Below, piece after piece: positions 40,419-52,853 of a stretch of 64,000 nucleotides of DNA. Each line of letters starts with the position of its first letter. The first letter of the stretch is position 1. Made by a program: the position numbers and the translations under genes. Under the pieces are notes generated by a model. The model saw only the letters and a list, made by a program, of their open reading frames with translations, was not told the DNA's origin and searched no databases. The DNA is from Ginglymostoma cirratum (Eukaryota): contig JAHRHZ010000009.1 in the NCBI GenBank assembly GCA_024137785.1, positions 13,869,477 through 13,933,476 of the forward strand. Direction: 5' to 3'.

Positions 40419-40538
40419 GTGAGTGACTGGCAGGGCACAGCTTGAGTCGATAGCAATGCCTTTCTGAGAGGGTACAAACCTCCCAGCCCCAGAGACAAGA
40501 TCTCATTACCAAATCCCATCATTCCCTGTGTTTTACAG

Positions 40539-40609
40539 GTGAGCCCGGAATTCCAGGGCCTAAGGGAGACCATGGTCCGCCAGGAAAGGTGGGATTCCCA
40601 GGTCAACCT
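40539..40609 (+). CDS. collagen IV alpha chain exon 24
   Basis: ttacag|...|gtaagt; 71 nt, returns to phase 0; (G)[23 protein letters not shown]. Confidence 0.95.
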
Positions 40610-40811
40610 GTAAGTATTCTCAATGTCCAATCTACTGTTGCCAGCCTGGGTTCCTGGACGGTGTGTTCTCTGATACAGCCATTCTGCTGTGTCAGGGCAG
40701 AAAGCTACAGTAAATATTTGTGAATGATCTAGCGTTGAAAAGTTCTAAGTTTCAGAAAAGCTTGAAGTGTCTGAGTAGATATGGAGGAGGGGTGACCTTT
40801 ACAACGATGAA

Positions 40812-41118
40812 AGGGTTGGATTGAGGCATTGGGCAATTGTCTGTGTGGAGTTTGCACAGTCTCCCCGTGTCTGCATGGGTTTCCTCCGGGTGCTCCGGTT
40901 TCTTCCCATAGTCCAAAGATGCGCAGGTTAGGATGGATTGGCCATACTAAATTGTCCACAGTGTCTAGGGATGCGCAGGCTAGGTGTATTATCCGTGGGA
41001 AATGCCAGGTTACAGGGATAGGGCAGGGGGTGTGGGTCTGGGTGGGATGCTTTTTGGAGGGTCAGTATGCACTCAATGGGCCAAACAGCCTGCTTTCATG
41101 CTGCAGTGATTCTATGAT
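40812..41118 (+). mobile_element. HE1-like SINE (5'-truncated)
   Basis: gtctgtgtggagtttgcac...gggtttcctccgggtgctccggtttc V-domain. Confidence 0.85.
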
Positions 41119-42989
41119 CTGTCAGACCTAGAGGTCATAAATATAAGATAGTTACTAACTAATCAAATGGCAAATTCAGGAGAAAATTCTCTCTCCGGTG
41201 ACTGGTGGAAAGATGGAACTCTCTACCACAAGGACTGGTTGAGGAGAATAGTCAAAGGGAAACTGGATAAACACAAAGGAGAAAGGAATGGAAGGATGTG
41301 GTGAAAGGATGAGATGAATTCTGGAGACATGAGCCCTGTCGAGCGTAAACAGTTACACGGATAATTAGACCAAATACCAGTTGATTCAGTGTAAGTTTAG
41401 AGACAGTTACTTGGTACAGATCTTGAAAATGGCTGAAAAGAGAGAATTGTCAAAACTTTCTATCTAGTGCTGAGGACAAACACAGGAAATGTTCTGAGTT
41501 AAAGGAAGGAATGCATTGATAAACAGGGCCCACGACTCCAGTAGTCACACCATTAGTGTAAATGCATTGATTAATTCAATTACTTACAATGGAAATTACT
41601 GGTTTTGTGTACTGCTAACACGAAATAATCAATTTATTATAATAGCATCTTTTTCTTAAAACTGGGGAAAAAACAGCAGGTAATATCTAAGCTGTAATCC
41701 AGAATTAAAACTACATCCCCTGCTTTTTAGGCAACCATTAGCATTGAGACTCTGTAGCCTCTCCAAAGCCAAGTTTTTACCATCATTAAAGCTGTGAATC
41801 CCACCTCTTTATCTCCTTGAAATCTTTGCTTATACCTTTCTCTACAAAATCACTTCAGTTTCTCTAAACAGCAGGTTACCAATAGCAAACTGTTGACTTC
41901 ATTCCTCAGAAACCACATGGTAAACCCTTTTTAATCCAGGAAATGTTGAATGAGTTCCTTGCTCCCAATTGTTTTCTATAGTTCTTAAATATGAGTACGA
42001 ATAAATGCCAAACATCAAACATTCACAACAATTTAGGCCACAGGAGAAAAGCCAAATCTGGAGGTACAGCAAGTTCCTAAGATCCACACTCAAGCTTCAC
42101 CATAATTCAGAAAGGAAGGGTAAAAAAGACTTGGGAAGATCTATAGTGGGGTTGGGGGGAGCGGGGAGGTGGGGTGTAGTCACAAACTACTTTTTGGCTT
42201 CGGCTCCTTTACAGCACTGTAAGACTAAATACAACAATGCGTGGTATTCCCCAGATATACCAGGTTTTATCCTGGCTGTCACATTATTGAAAGACTATTC
42301 TATATACCCCATCTCGTGATGCTAGTCTACAGCCCGTACTTGTTTTTAACATTCACATGGCTAGACTTGAGACGTCTGCCTAGTTCTCCATACATTTCTT
42401 TCTTTTACTCAACCCTGCCCACACTGTGGTATTTATGCCCAATGAGAGGAGTGGCTCCAAGACATCATAATGTTTTGGCAGGATGCAAAAAGCCTTGCAT
42501 AAAACCCATCCTAGGCATTTCTCCCCTGTCACAAATGTTAATTAACATATGTACACAATTTCAAATGATTTACCAAGACTAATTTGTTTTTACCACATTT
42601 ACTGCCCATGTTTTTCTATTTCCCATCACTCCCGAGTCTTTAATTTTATTCTGTTGTGCCATTATGTGATCAGGAAGGTGTATGATAAGGTATAGAAATA
42701 CTTGAGATAAAGTTAGTAAGCTTTCTTTTTTCTCTCCTGGTTTCTGTTAGATCACCAGTCGTTGTGGAATGGTCTTGAGTTGATACAACTGCGGGAATAT
42801 GTGGGGATGTTGGGTTGTTTATCCTTCTCAGTCGTTAACATCTAGATAGGCTATGGTGTTAGTCCTTCAAGAAAAGGTATTGTTAATGATCTATAGGTCA
42901 TTGCTCACCCTATAAAAGTTTGTTACTGACAAGTTCTGTTGAAAAGCATGGTAATACATGTTGGAAATGGTACGCTAGGAAATGATATG

Positions 42990-43572
42990 GTTTGATGCCT
43001 GGTATGCTCTTTAGGTTGTAGCACATCTTCAAGAAATGACCTCTTTTCCAACAATAAATATGTATTGCATCAATACAATGGTGGCTGAACAGCTTTATCG
43101 TTACTGATGTAAGCTTTTGGAAGCATTTCTGTGACAATATATTGTAGTATTAGGTTGTTTAGGATTTTATGGTGTGTGATCACATATGGTATGTTGTTCA
43201 GTTGAGAGCTATGTTTGCTCTGGTTAAAGGTTCCTTGAGTTTTAAGTAGTGAACACTCTCTGCAAACTGTCCTTACTAAATGGAGCTTTTGCTGTGTAAC
43301 ATTTCATGAATAATTTTCTAGACTCTGTATCCACTTATTTTTGGAGTGCCCATTCTAGAGTTGGATCCTCTTTGGATCGAAGATATCCAGAAACTGATTT
43401 GTCTAAAAGACCAATGAGAATTCTGTCACAAATTAGCTCTTATTATAAGTTTCAATAGTTGTATAGTTCAGTCAGTACAGACAGGTTATTAATGAAGGTA
43501 TTTTCATACACTTCTGGGAGTTCTTACTTGCTTTTGAAGTGAGTCTGTGCCAGTGTCCTAATTGTTCTTCAC
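42990..43572 (-). pseudogene. Gypsy-type LTR retrotransposon gag relic
   Basis: Hand translation of the minus strand: FKSK*ELPEVYENTFINNLSVLTELYNY*NL**ELICDRILIGLLDKSVSGYLRSKEDPTLEWALQK, then a decayed zinc knuckle HIYCWKRGHFLKMC. Confidence 0.7.
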
Positions 43573-43574
43573 TG

Positions 43575-44830
43575 AGTCACAGAAATTGTAATAGTGCAAA
43601 TGGAGGCCATTCAGCCTACCATGCTTATACTGGTCCTCTCAGCATGTCGATTTAGTGTCAACCTCCTGCCTTTTCTTCATGTATGGTGTTTCTATTTAAA
43701 TAATCATTCAAATGCTTCAATTGAACCTGCCTGCACCACATTTCCAGGCAGTGTGTTCCACCCACACCTGTGTGAAAAAAGATGTTTTCTTAATTCAAAT
43801 TTGCTTCCTTTGAACAACACTTTGAAACTGTTCCCTCTGCTTCTCATTCCTTTTGGGCTAGAAAGAGTTTGTCCCTAATTACTCTGTCCAGACCTCTCAT
43901 GATTTTGCAAACTTTGATCAAATCTCCCCTCAGCCTTCTACTGCCCAAAGAAAATAGTTTCAACTTCCCCATCCTAGCCTTGAATTGGAAGTGTCATTTG
44001 TCATAAATGTCTTTTGCACTCTTTCCAATGCATTCACATCCTTTAAAAGTGTGCAATCCCAAGAGCTGTATACAACATACAGCTGTGGTCTAATCAGCGT
44101 TCTATTTCGGTTCAGCATACTCTTTCTGCTCTTGTATCCTCTGTCCATGTTAATGATCTAGAATACTGCAAACTTCATTAGCAGCTCTCTGCCTGTCTGC
44201 CACCTTTAATGATTTATGTACAAATACACCAAGGTCTTTCTGCTCCTGTTCACCCTTTAGAAAAGGACCTTTTTATTTTCTACTATCTCTCCATCTTCTT
44301 TTTACCAAGTGTATCACTTCACACATCATCTGCCACCTATCCACCCTTTCTGCCAACTTGCCAAGGTATTTTTAGATTTGCCACAGTGTCCTCACTTCAG
44401 TTTGTAACTCTTCCAAGTTTTGTGCCACTTTTGTGTCACATGGAAATTGCGGAAATTGTCCCCCACACACCAAGATCGAGACCAGTGAGATATCAGGAAC
44501 AGCGAGGATCCCAATACCCCCCTGGTGATCTCCAATACAAAGCTTCTGAATTAATCATCAGTCTGTGTTTCCTCTCCCTTTGTCAATGTGATATTCACAT
44601 CGCTACAGCCCCATTTATTACATGGCCTGTCACTTTCCTCACAATTGCGTTCTACGGCACCGTATCAAACATCTTTTGGACATCCATGTATGTCACTTTG
44701 ACAGCCATACCCTCAATCACTCTTTTGTTACGTCTTCAAAAAACATGCAGCAGATTATTTAAACATGAACATCTCTTCACAAATTCATGCTCACTCATGT
44801 TTTTCTTTTCCCCAAGCGACTATTAATTCT
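43575..44830 (-). mobile_element. old CR1 LINE fragment
   Basis: RTLIRPQL...KDVNALERVQK; gaggccattcagcc tail. Confidence 0.75.
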
Positions 44831-44903
44831 ATCCCTCACAACTATTGCTGGATGTTTCCACAACACCAAATTTAAATGAGCTGGTCTGCAATTCTTGCGG
44901 TGA

Positions 44904-45246
44904 AGTACTGAGGGAGCACTGTAGTCTCAGAGGGACAGTGTTGAGGGAGCACTGCACTGTCAGAGGGTCAGTACAGAGGGAGCACTGCACTGTCAGAGGG
45001 TCAGTACTGAGGGAGTGCTGCACTGTCAGAGGGTCAGTACTGAGGGAGCGCTGCACTGTCAGAGGGTCAGTACTGAGGAAGCACTGCACTGTCAGAGGGT
45101 CACTACTGAGGGCGTGCAGCACTGTCAGAGGGTCAGTACTGAGGGAGCACTGCATCGACAGAGGGTCAGTACTGTGCTGCACTGTCAGAGGGTCAGTTCT
45201 GAGGGAGTGCCGCACTGTCAGAGGGTCAGTACTGAGGGAGCGCTGC
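44904..45246. repeat. 33-bp minisatellite, second array of the 35897 family
   Basis: About 10 units, same unit and orientation. Confidence 0.95.
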
Positions 45247-45302
45247 CCTGTCTGATGTTGGAGAGTGACTGTGTCAAACTGACAGATTCTTGTTTCTTTC
45301 AG

Positions 45303-45494
45303 GGAGCTAATGGTGTCCCAGGGCCAATTGGCATTCCCGGTCCAAAAGGTGATCCAGGTGATATCCAAACGTTGCCCGGAGTGAAAGGGGATCGGGGTGA
45401 CCCTGGCTTTCCAGGGTCTCCAGGTGTGCCAGGTCTGGATGGGTTACCTGGGAAAGATGGAATTCAAGGACTACCAGGTCCCAAAGGCGAACCA
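45303..45494 (+). CDS. collagen IV alpha chain exon 25
   Basis: tttcag|...|gtaagt; 192 nt; [35 protein letters not shown]...GPKGEP. Confidence 0.96.
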
Positions 45495-46007
45495 GTAAGT
45501 ACAGTACAAAGGAACTGAACCCTGATTCAGGTTTGTAGCCAGCAGCTAGATATGAGGAGTGTCAAACCGAGTGGAAAGGCACAAAGGCAAAGAGTCACAT
45601 GGGCACAGAGTCAAAGGGGCACTTGGACATTGGGTCATAGGGGCACAGTCTCAAAGGAGCACAGTCTCACAGGAGCACAGAGACTCCAGGTCATGGATGC
45701 GCAGTTATAGGGAGTAACTCAGAGTCATAGACACATAGAGTGACACAGGGTCACTGTGAGCCACACAGCCTGACTGAGACACAGAAACATAGTCACAGAG
45801 GCACAGGGGCACTGCATTCATTGCCTTTAATCTCAAACCAGTTTCACAAATCAAACTATTTGACTGTATTACACTCTTGTGATTAGCTGTTTCAAAACAA
45901 TGATGTGTAAAACTTATTCCTTCAAAATTTTCATGCAAATCTTCACATCACAACCGCAAAACGTCAAACCTCTCAGAACGAAAAGAGACTGACCACCACA
46001 GGACAGT

Positions 46008-46138
46008 GAGACTGACCTTCCCTAACCCTGAGACTGACCCTCCCTAACCCTGAGACTGNNNNNNNNNNCTGACCTTCCCTAACCCTGAGACTGACCCTCC
46101 CTAACCCTGAGACTGACTGTCCTAACCCTGAGACTGAC
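46008..46138. repeat. 22-bp minisatellite gagactgacc(c/t)tccctaaccct
   Basis: About 6 tandem units. Confidence 0.9.
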
Positions 46139-46853
46139 GATCCCACCAATTTACGGTAAAACCCAACACAGCCCCACAGAGAGACACCCTGAGAGAGAAC
46201 GAGAGACAGGGGGAAAGAGAGTCTACCAACTGCAAAACCACCAGTGCTCCCACCCAGAGAGGTTGAACACCTGCATGCTCCCTCATTGAGAGGGAGAGAG
46301 ACTATCCCAGGAGAAAGATTGTCTCTCTGATAAAGAGAATGACCACCCTAAGGTGAGACTGACCCCTGCCTGTCAGAGAGAGACTGATCTCCCCGCAACA
46401 CAGACCAGTATAGGCAGGGAATCTCTCAAACACAGACATTGAGAGTTTCTCAATATTGCCTTGTATCCCTTCTCTGCCTCCAATATTGTGCTCCATGCTG
46501 AGGAATTATTTCTGATTCACAGACCAAGGCAGTGGGACAAATTGGAAAAATCTTTGCCACAGCTGGCTCCCTCAGTGTGGGGTATATTTATTTGTTGATT
46601 ATTTGAAGTGACAAGCTTTGGCTGCCAGCTCGGTTGAAAGGCCTGAACTGGGGGAAATTTTACAGCTCAGTCCGGTGCCCAGGGCTTGTGTTTCCAGAAA
46701 CGGTGTGAAACACTTCCTCAAGAACAAGATGAGCACTGAATGGAGCAGCACTGATCGTACTGATGGATGTTGGGATGAATGGTAGGTTGCTAGTGGGTAT
46801 ACATGAATACCTTGAGTTATTCAGCTTTTTAATTCTCATCTCAAACTGACTAG

Positions 46854-47022
46854 GGAAACATCGGCTTCAAAGGGGAGAAAGGTTTGCCAGGACCTCCCGG
46901 TTTAACTGGAACACCAGGAGATCAGGGTTCTCCTGGACTCCCAGGAGTTGGGCAGCCAGGCTTTCCAGGAGAAAAGGGTGAGCGTGGATTTCCCGGACGG
47001 CCAGGAATACCTGGTGCTCCAG
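46854..47022 (+). CDS. collagen IV alpha chain exon 26
   Basis: gactag|...|gtaagt; 169 nt; [16 protein letters not shown]...GIPGAP(G). Confidence 0.95.
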
Positions 47023-47812
47023 GTAAGTTCCAGTCCGATGCTTTTCTCCCTACACAGCTGCAGTACAATGCGGATTCACTGAGACATGCAAGAGTAGATT
47101 CTCCATGACCCTGCCCCCTTCATAAATGGGACATCCTGCAGGAATGGAATCCTCGATTCTCAATTTTCACCCCACTGTTAGACTGTTAATTGGCCATTGG
47201 CCAGTGGCTGCATTTAGTAACCTATCGTGTGAAGGGAAAATCACTGGATCAGTGGGGACATAAATATTCCCCTGACTCCGTCAATCAGTGACAAGAGATG
47301 GTCCCTGCAATCAATGGGAGAAGCGCAAAAACATTTAACCTGTTCAGTGGGAGCTCCATTTGAACACGAGTTTAGGGTCTTTAAAGTGGCCGACTCAGAA
47401 AGGTACCCCTGAGGTCTTTCTCACTCTCTCCCTCTGTCTGGAGATTGGGCTAGAAGGAGCAAGAGTGTTGAGGGGTGTGGCTGATGGTATGTGCAGCATT
47501 CATCAGATTAGTTTGACGTTCTGACTGGTCTCCTTCTCGTATCTTTTCACATTTTCACAAACAAGCAGGATAGAGATGAGTGGCTGCAAGCAGGAGAGTG
47601 GGGAGGACCAGACTGCTCCTTTGTAAAGGATTATCTCCATATTCCATTGGTTACACATTCTCGGCACAGCATCAGAATGTAACTATTGATCATCAGAACC
47701 CAGAAAATTAAGCCAGCACCAACATCTCAATTGATATTCATAAATAGATCTACTGGAGTATATTTTCCTTCCAAATCAGTACCACTCTCATTGTTCTGTT
47801 TTCTTGGAACAG

Positions 47813-47905
47813 GTCAGAAGGGTGAAGCAGGGAGTTCTGTCAGTAAACCAGGACCCCCGGGTCTCCCTGGGCCACAAGGATTAACGGGCGAGCCTGGGAG
47901 CAGAG
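47813..47905 (+). CDS. collagen IV alpha chain exon 27
   Basis: gaacag|...|gtatgt; 93 nt; (G)[30 protein letters not shown](G). Confidence 0.95.
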
Positions 47906-48041
47906 GTATGTTTGCCTATCTCCCCGCAAAGCACCAGAAATAACGATCTTGTTCGTCGATCAAATTCTGATATTGCTCCTTGTGAATTTTCACCGTGCAG
48001 AGATTTGATATGAGAATGTTTCATGTCTGTCTGTCCGACAG

Positions 48042-48146
48042 GTGACCCTGGCCTTCCAGGGATCCCGGGTTTACAAGGAGCTACAGGGCCAAAAGGTGAT
48101 CCCGGTCTCCCTGGCATCGGATTCCCAGGCCCTACTGGTGCAAAAG
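48042..48146 (+). CDS. collagen IV alpha chain exon 28
   Basis: cgacag|...|gtaaga; 105 nt; (G)[34 protein letters not shown](G). Confidence 0.95.
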
Positions 48147-48166
48147 GTAAGAGAACTCGCAGACAA

Positions 48167-48992
48167 CTGCACCATAACGGCACTCTCACACCGCTACATC
48201 ATTATTGCGCCGTAACTGCACTCACACACCACTATATCGTTACTGCACCATAACTGCACTCTCACACCACTACATCGTTACTGCGCCATAACTGCACTCA
48301 CAGACTGCTACATCGTTACTGCACCATAACTGCACTCTCACACCATTACATTGTCACTGTACCGTAACTGCGCTCACACATGGCTACATTGTCACTGCAC
48401 TGTAACTGCACTCACACACCACTACATCATTACTGCACCGTAACTGCATTTACAGACTGCTACATCGCTACTGCACCGTAACTGCACTCTCACACCGCTA
48501 CATCATTACTGCATCATAACTGCAGTCTCACATCGCTACATCATTACTGCACCATAACTGCACTCACGCATCGCGACATCGTTACTGCATCATAACTGCA
48601 CTCACACGGCTACATCATTACTGCATCGTAACTGCACCCATACATCGCTACCTCATTACTGCACCGTAAATGCACTCACACATCGCTACATCATCACTGT
48701 ACCGTAACCGCACTCACANNNNNNNNNNGTACCGTAACCGCACTCACACATCGCTACATCATCACTGTACCATAAGTGCACTCACACACGTCTACATTGT
48801 TACTGCATCGTAACTGCACTCTCACACCGCTACATCGTTACTGCACCGTAACCGCATCCTCACACTGCTACATCATTACTGCACAGTAACTGCACTCACA
48901 CTCCACCACATTGCTACTACACTGTAACTTTGCTCACACACTGCTACATCATTACTACATTGTTACTGCACCGTAACTGTACTCACACACTA
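48167..48992. repeat. 38-bp minisatellite actgcaccgtaactgcactcacacatcgctacatcgtt
   Basis: About 21 diverged tandem units. Confidence 0.92.
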
Positions 48993-49039
48993 CATGAACA
49001 GCAGTGTATACTGTGTACAGGATGTACTGTAGAAATTCG

Positions 49040-49350
49040 CCAAAAGATCTTAGACTGCTCCTTCCAAACCCCTGACCTTTCCACTAGAAGGAGAAGGGCA
49101 GCAGATATATGGGAACACCACCACCTACAAATTCCCTTCCAAGCGTTCACCATCCTGACTTGAAACATCACCATTCCTTCCCTGTCACTAGGTCAAAATC
49201 CTGGACTTTCCTCCCTCAGGGAATTGAGACTCAATCTATAGCATGTAGAATGCAGTGGTTCGAGAAGGCAGCTCACCACCACCTTCTCAAGGGCAACTGG
49301 GGACTGGTAATAAATGCTGGCCAATTGGCAATGGCCACATCCCAGGGCTA
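49040..49350 (+). mobile_element. LINE 3' fragment (L2/CR1 clade)
   Basis: ccactagaaggagaagggcagcagat...ctcaccaccaccttctcaagggcaact...aataaatgctggcc. Confidence 0.7.
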
Positions 49351-50037
49351 AATTTAAAAAAAGCTTTGGCAAAACCTCCCTCCAGCCATTACTAAAGAAA
49401 TTGCTTACAAAACAGTTATAAGCATAACTGACTATTTGATCCATCCAGTCTAAGTCAAAGTTTACCCTCCATCTCGCAAACATTGCTAATTATGTTTTCA
49501 TCCTGTTCGCACACCTCACCATACACCTATTCCTTCATACACCTCTATACTCCAGTTTAAATGTTGACTCCATTTCTGCCTCAACTCCTAACACTGGGAG
49601 AGAATTCTACACCTCGCTACTCTCACTGCAAAAGGACCCGTCACTTGCTCTCTCTTAAAAATATCTTATATTTAATCTTCTATCAATTTCTCTTCATTCA
49701 TGAATCCTACAATTGGGAACAGTCTACTTCTATTGACCCTTTCGCAACTTTTCATCGCTTTAAAAACTTTGTTCATAATGGGTTGTAATCCCTGTCAAAA
49801 AAACTCAACATTTTAGATCATTCTTGATGTCATATTTCTCACCCTAGCTAGTATCTCAGTGAATCTACATTTTTTCCATCTCTGAAACTCCATGATCTTT
49901 TCTGTCGCAAGAACCTGAATTTTCCACAATTGTTGCTGATCCAGCTACACTGCCTCACTCACTGAACACTGAATCAATAGCCTGAAGAACTTGAGAAAGG
50001 ATGTCAGTCATTCATGTCCAGCCTTTCTTTGTGGCAG

Positions 50038-50135
50038 GTGCACCCGGAATTCAAGGAATGCCAGGTCTTCCTGGAGCTTCAGGACAGCCAGGGAATGATG
50101 GCATCCCAGGCCAACCAGGACCCCCAGGATCAAAG
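50038..50135 (+). CDS. collagen IV alpha chain exon 29
   Basis: tggcag|...|gtcagt; 98 nt; (G)[32 protein letters not shown]. Confidence 0.95.
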
Positions 50136-50194
50136 GTCAGTGATGAAACCCTAGAATCTGTACTGGTTTTGTTTGATGATAGAATCATCAAATT

Positions 50195-51086
50195 ATAGAA
50201 TCCCTACAGAGTGGAAGCAGACCCATTAAGTCCACTCTGACCCTCCTAACTACATCCCACCAAGACCCACAACACCCCCCTACCCTATCCCTGTAATCCT
50301 GCATTTCCCATGGCTAATCCACCCGGCCTGCACATCCGTTGATATTATGGGCAATTTAGCATGGCCAATCCAGCTAACCTTCATGTCTTTGGACTATAAG
50401 ACCATAAGACATAGGAGCAGAAATTAGGCCATTCAGCCCATCAAGTCTGCTCTGCCATTCAATCATGGCTGATAAGTTCCTCAACCCCATTCTCCTGCTT
50501 TCTCCCCATAACCCTTGATCCCCTTGATAATCAAGAACCTATCTATCTCAGTCTTTAAATGTACTCCATGACCTGGCCTCCACAGCCTTCTGTGGCAGTG
50601 AATTCCGTAGATTCACCACTCTCTGGCTGAAGAAGTTTCTCCTTATCTCCAGTCTAAAGGGTCTTCCCTTTACTCTAAGGCTGTGCCCTCGGGTCCTAGT
50701 CTGTCCTACCAATGGAAGCATCTTCCCAACATCCACTCTGTCCAGGCCATTCAGTATTTTGAAAGTTTCAATTGGACCCCCCCTCATCCTTCTAAACTCC
50801 AATGAGTATAGTCCCAGGGTTCTCAAACTTTCCTCGTATGTCAAGCTTTCCATTCCTGGGACCATTCTCGTGAGCCTCTTCTGAACCTGCTCCAGGGCCC
50901 GTACATCCTTCCTGAGATAAGGGTCCCAAAGTTGCACACAGTACTCCAAATAGGGGGAAACCAAATGGGAGGAAACCAGCCGAAACCCACCCAGACACAG
51001 GGAGGGCATACAAACTCCACATAGACAGTCGCCCAGGCATGGAATCGAACCCATGTCCTTGGCGCTGTGAGCCACTGTGTTACCCA
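50195..51086 (-). mobile_element. HE1-like SINE split by a CR1 insertion
   Basis: SINE halves at 50195-50395 and 50966-51086 join at ggact|..tgggaggaaacc. Confidence 0.8.
50396..50965 (-). mobile_element. young CR1 LINE 3' fragment
   Basis: Open ORF PYLEYCVQLWDPYLRKD...LGLYSLEFRRMRG...RRNFFSQRVVN; ataagaccataagacatagg tail. Confidence 0.92.
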
Positions 51087-52234
51087 ATATTTATTAACGA
51101 CCTGAATTCAGAAATCCCAAGTTTTTAGATGACACTAAGCTCGAATATGTAGAAAATACTGGGGAGATAGCAATGGATTCTGAAACATCATAAATAATCT
51201 GTTGAAATGGGCAGGAACTTGTCAGCTAAAGTTTAACTCCGGGATGTTTATAGTGATCGTTTTTGTAGGAAGACTAGGAAAAGACATTGTTAATCAAATA
51301 AGCTGTTAATAAAGTAGGTACAGGAACCAAGATACCCCGGAGGTCACATATGCCAATCCTTGAAGATAGAGCGCAACTTGAGAAGATGGTTAAAAAATTG
51401 GTATTCTTAACTGAACAAAGAACAAAAGCAGAAGTTATGTCAAATTATTACAAAACATTAGGTTCAGTTCCAACTCCTGAGTGGTGGCCAATTCATCGGC
51501 CACCAGATTTCAGAAAGAATGTCAAAATCTTTAAAACAGTGTGGAGGAGATTTACTAAGATGGTGCCAAGGGTAGGAAGACAGCGATGTGGAGAGACAGG
51601 GATTGGACAGTGCATTTTCCCATATGAAAGTGGCAGCCACACAACAGCCCTGCTCCGCATGTCCCCCCAAAAAAATGGCAGCTCGACCATAGGAAACGTC
51701 CCACAGCTGCTGCCCACCCCTTGCCAACACGGGACTTGTGGCTTCTTATTCAGGATTTGTGGCTCATGCAATATATTTATGAGGCCTCACTCGCCAACCG
51801 TCCAGGTCTGTCACTCTCCTCAGACATAGCTTGAAGGGTGGCCAAGAGAGAAGCAGGTCACTGGTAGGGCTGAAGGTCCCCTGGACCTAAAACCTTCATG
51901 CAGGGATTAGGGTCAAAGGAGGGGATGCTCACAAACTCAGCTACTGTTTCTACAAGCTCAGTGGGAATCATGGTCCACAGTTAGGGAAGCAGACTTGTAC
52001 CTGAAATACCTCCCTCTTAAACATTAATGATTGTTATGTTATCACTTTCATTTTCAGTGGCAGGGTGACTGGGAACTGGAAGACACAGATTTATGGTGAT
52101 TGGCAAAAGAACAACAGGCAATGTGAGGAGAAATCTTTTGCATTGAGTCATTGTGACCTGGACTGTGCTGACTCAAAGGGCAGGTGGAGGTAGACTCATT
52201 AGCAACTTCCAAAAGAGAATTTGATGAACAATTG

Positions 52235-52660
52235 ATAAATGGCTAATACTGAGGATGGCAGGCCTGTCCCATAAGGAGTGTTGGTTTAACTGGGCCTGTA
52301 TTCACTAGAGGTCAGAGGGATCTGATTAAAATATATAAAATTCTGCTAGGGATGGACACACTAGATGCAAGGAGGATGTTTCTCCTGATTGCGGAGTCTG
52401 GAACAAAGCCTTACAATCTCAGGATATAGGGCAGGCTGTTTAGGACTAAGGTGAAGAAACAATTTTTCACTCAGAGAGTGGTCAACCTGTGGAATTCACT
52501 ACCCCAGAGGGTTGTGAAGGCTGGGTCACTGAGTATATTCAATAATAAGATTGATAAATGTTTAAATATTAAAGACATCAAAGACTGTGAAGAGAATATG
52601 GTGTGAAGATAGAGGATTAGCCACAATCATCTGGAATGGTGGAGCATACTTGAAGGACCT
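52235..52660 (+). mobile_element. CR1 LINE fragment
   Basis: ctgggcctgtattcactagag...tttttcactcagagagtggtcaacctgtggaattcact. Confidence 0.75.
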
Positions 52661-52853
52661 CTCAAGTTATGAATCTACTGTTGATCTCGTTTTTTGTATA
52701 CCGTTTTTGCAGCTGTAACTTTGTACGCCTTCCTCTGTTCAATCAGCCTATGATTGTTGTGTCTTTGTATGTTATGATCTGCTGTGCTGCATGCAAAACA
52801 AAACTTTTCACTGTACTTCAGTATATGTGCCAATAATATATCAAATCAAATCC

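Noticed and set aside
44209-44826. 205-aa plus-strand ORF
   Set aside because: Antisense to a decayed CR1 fragment; no recognisable protein features.
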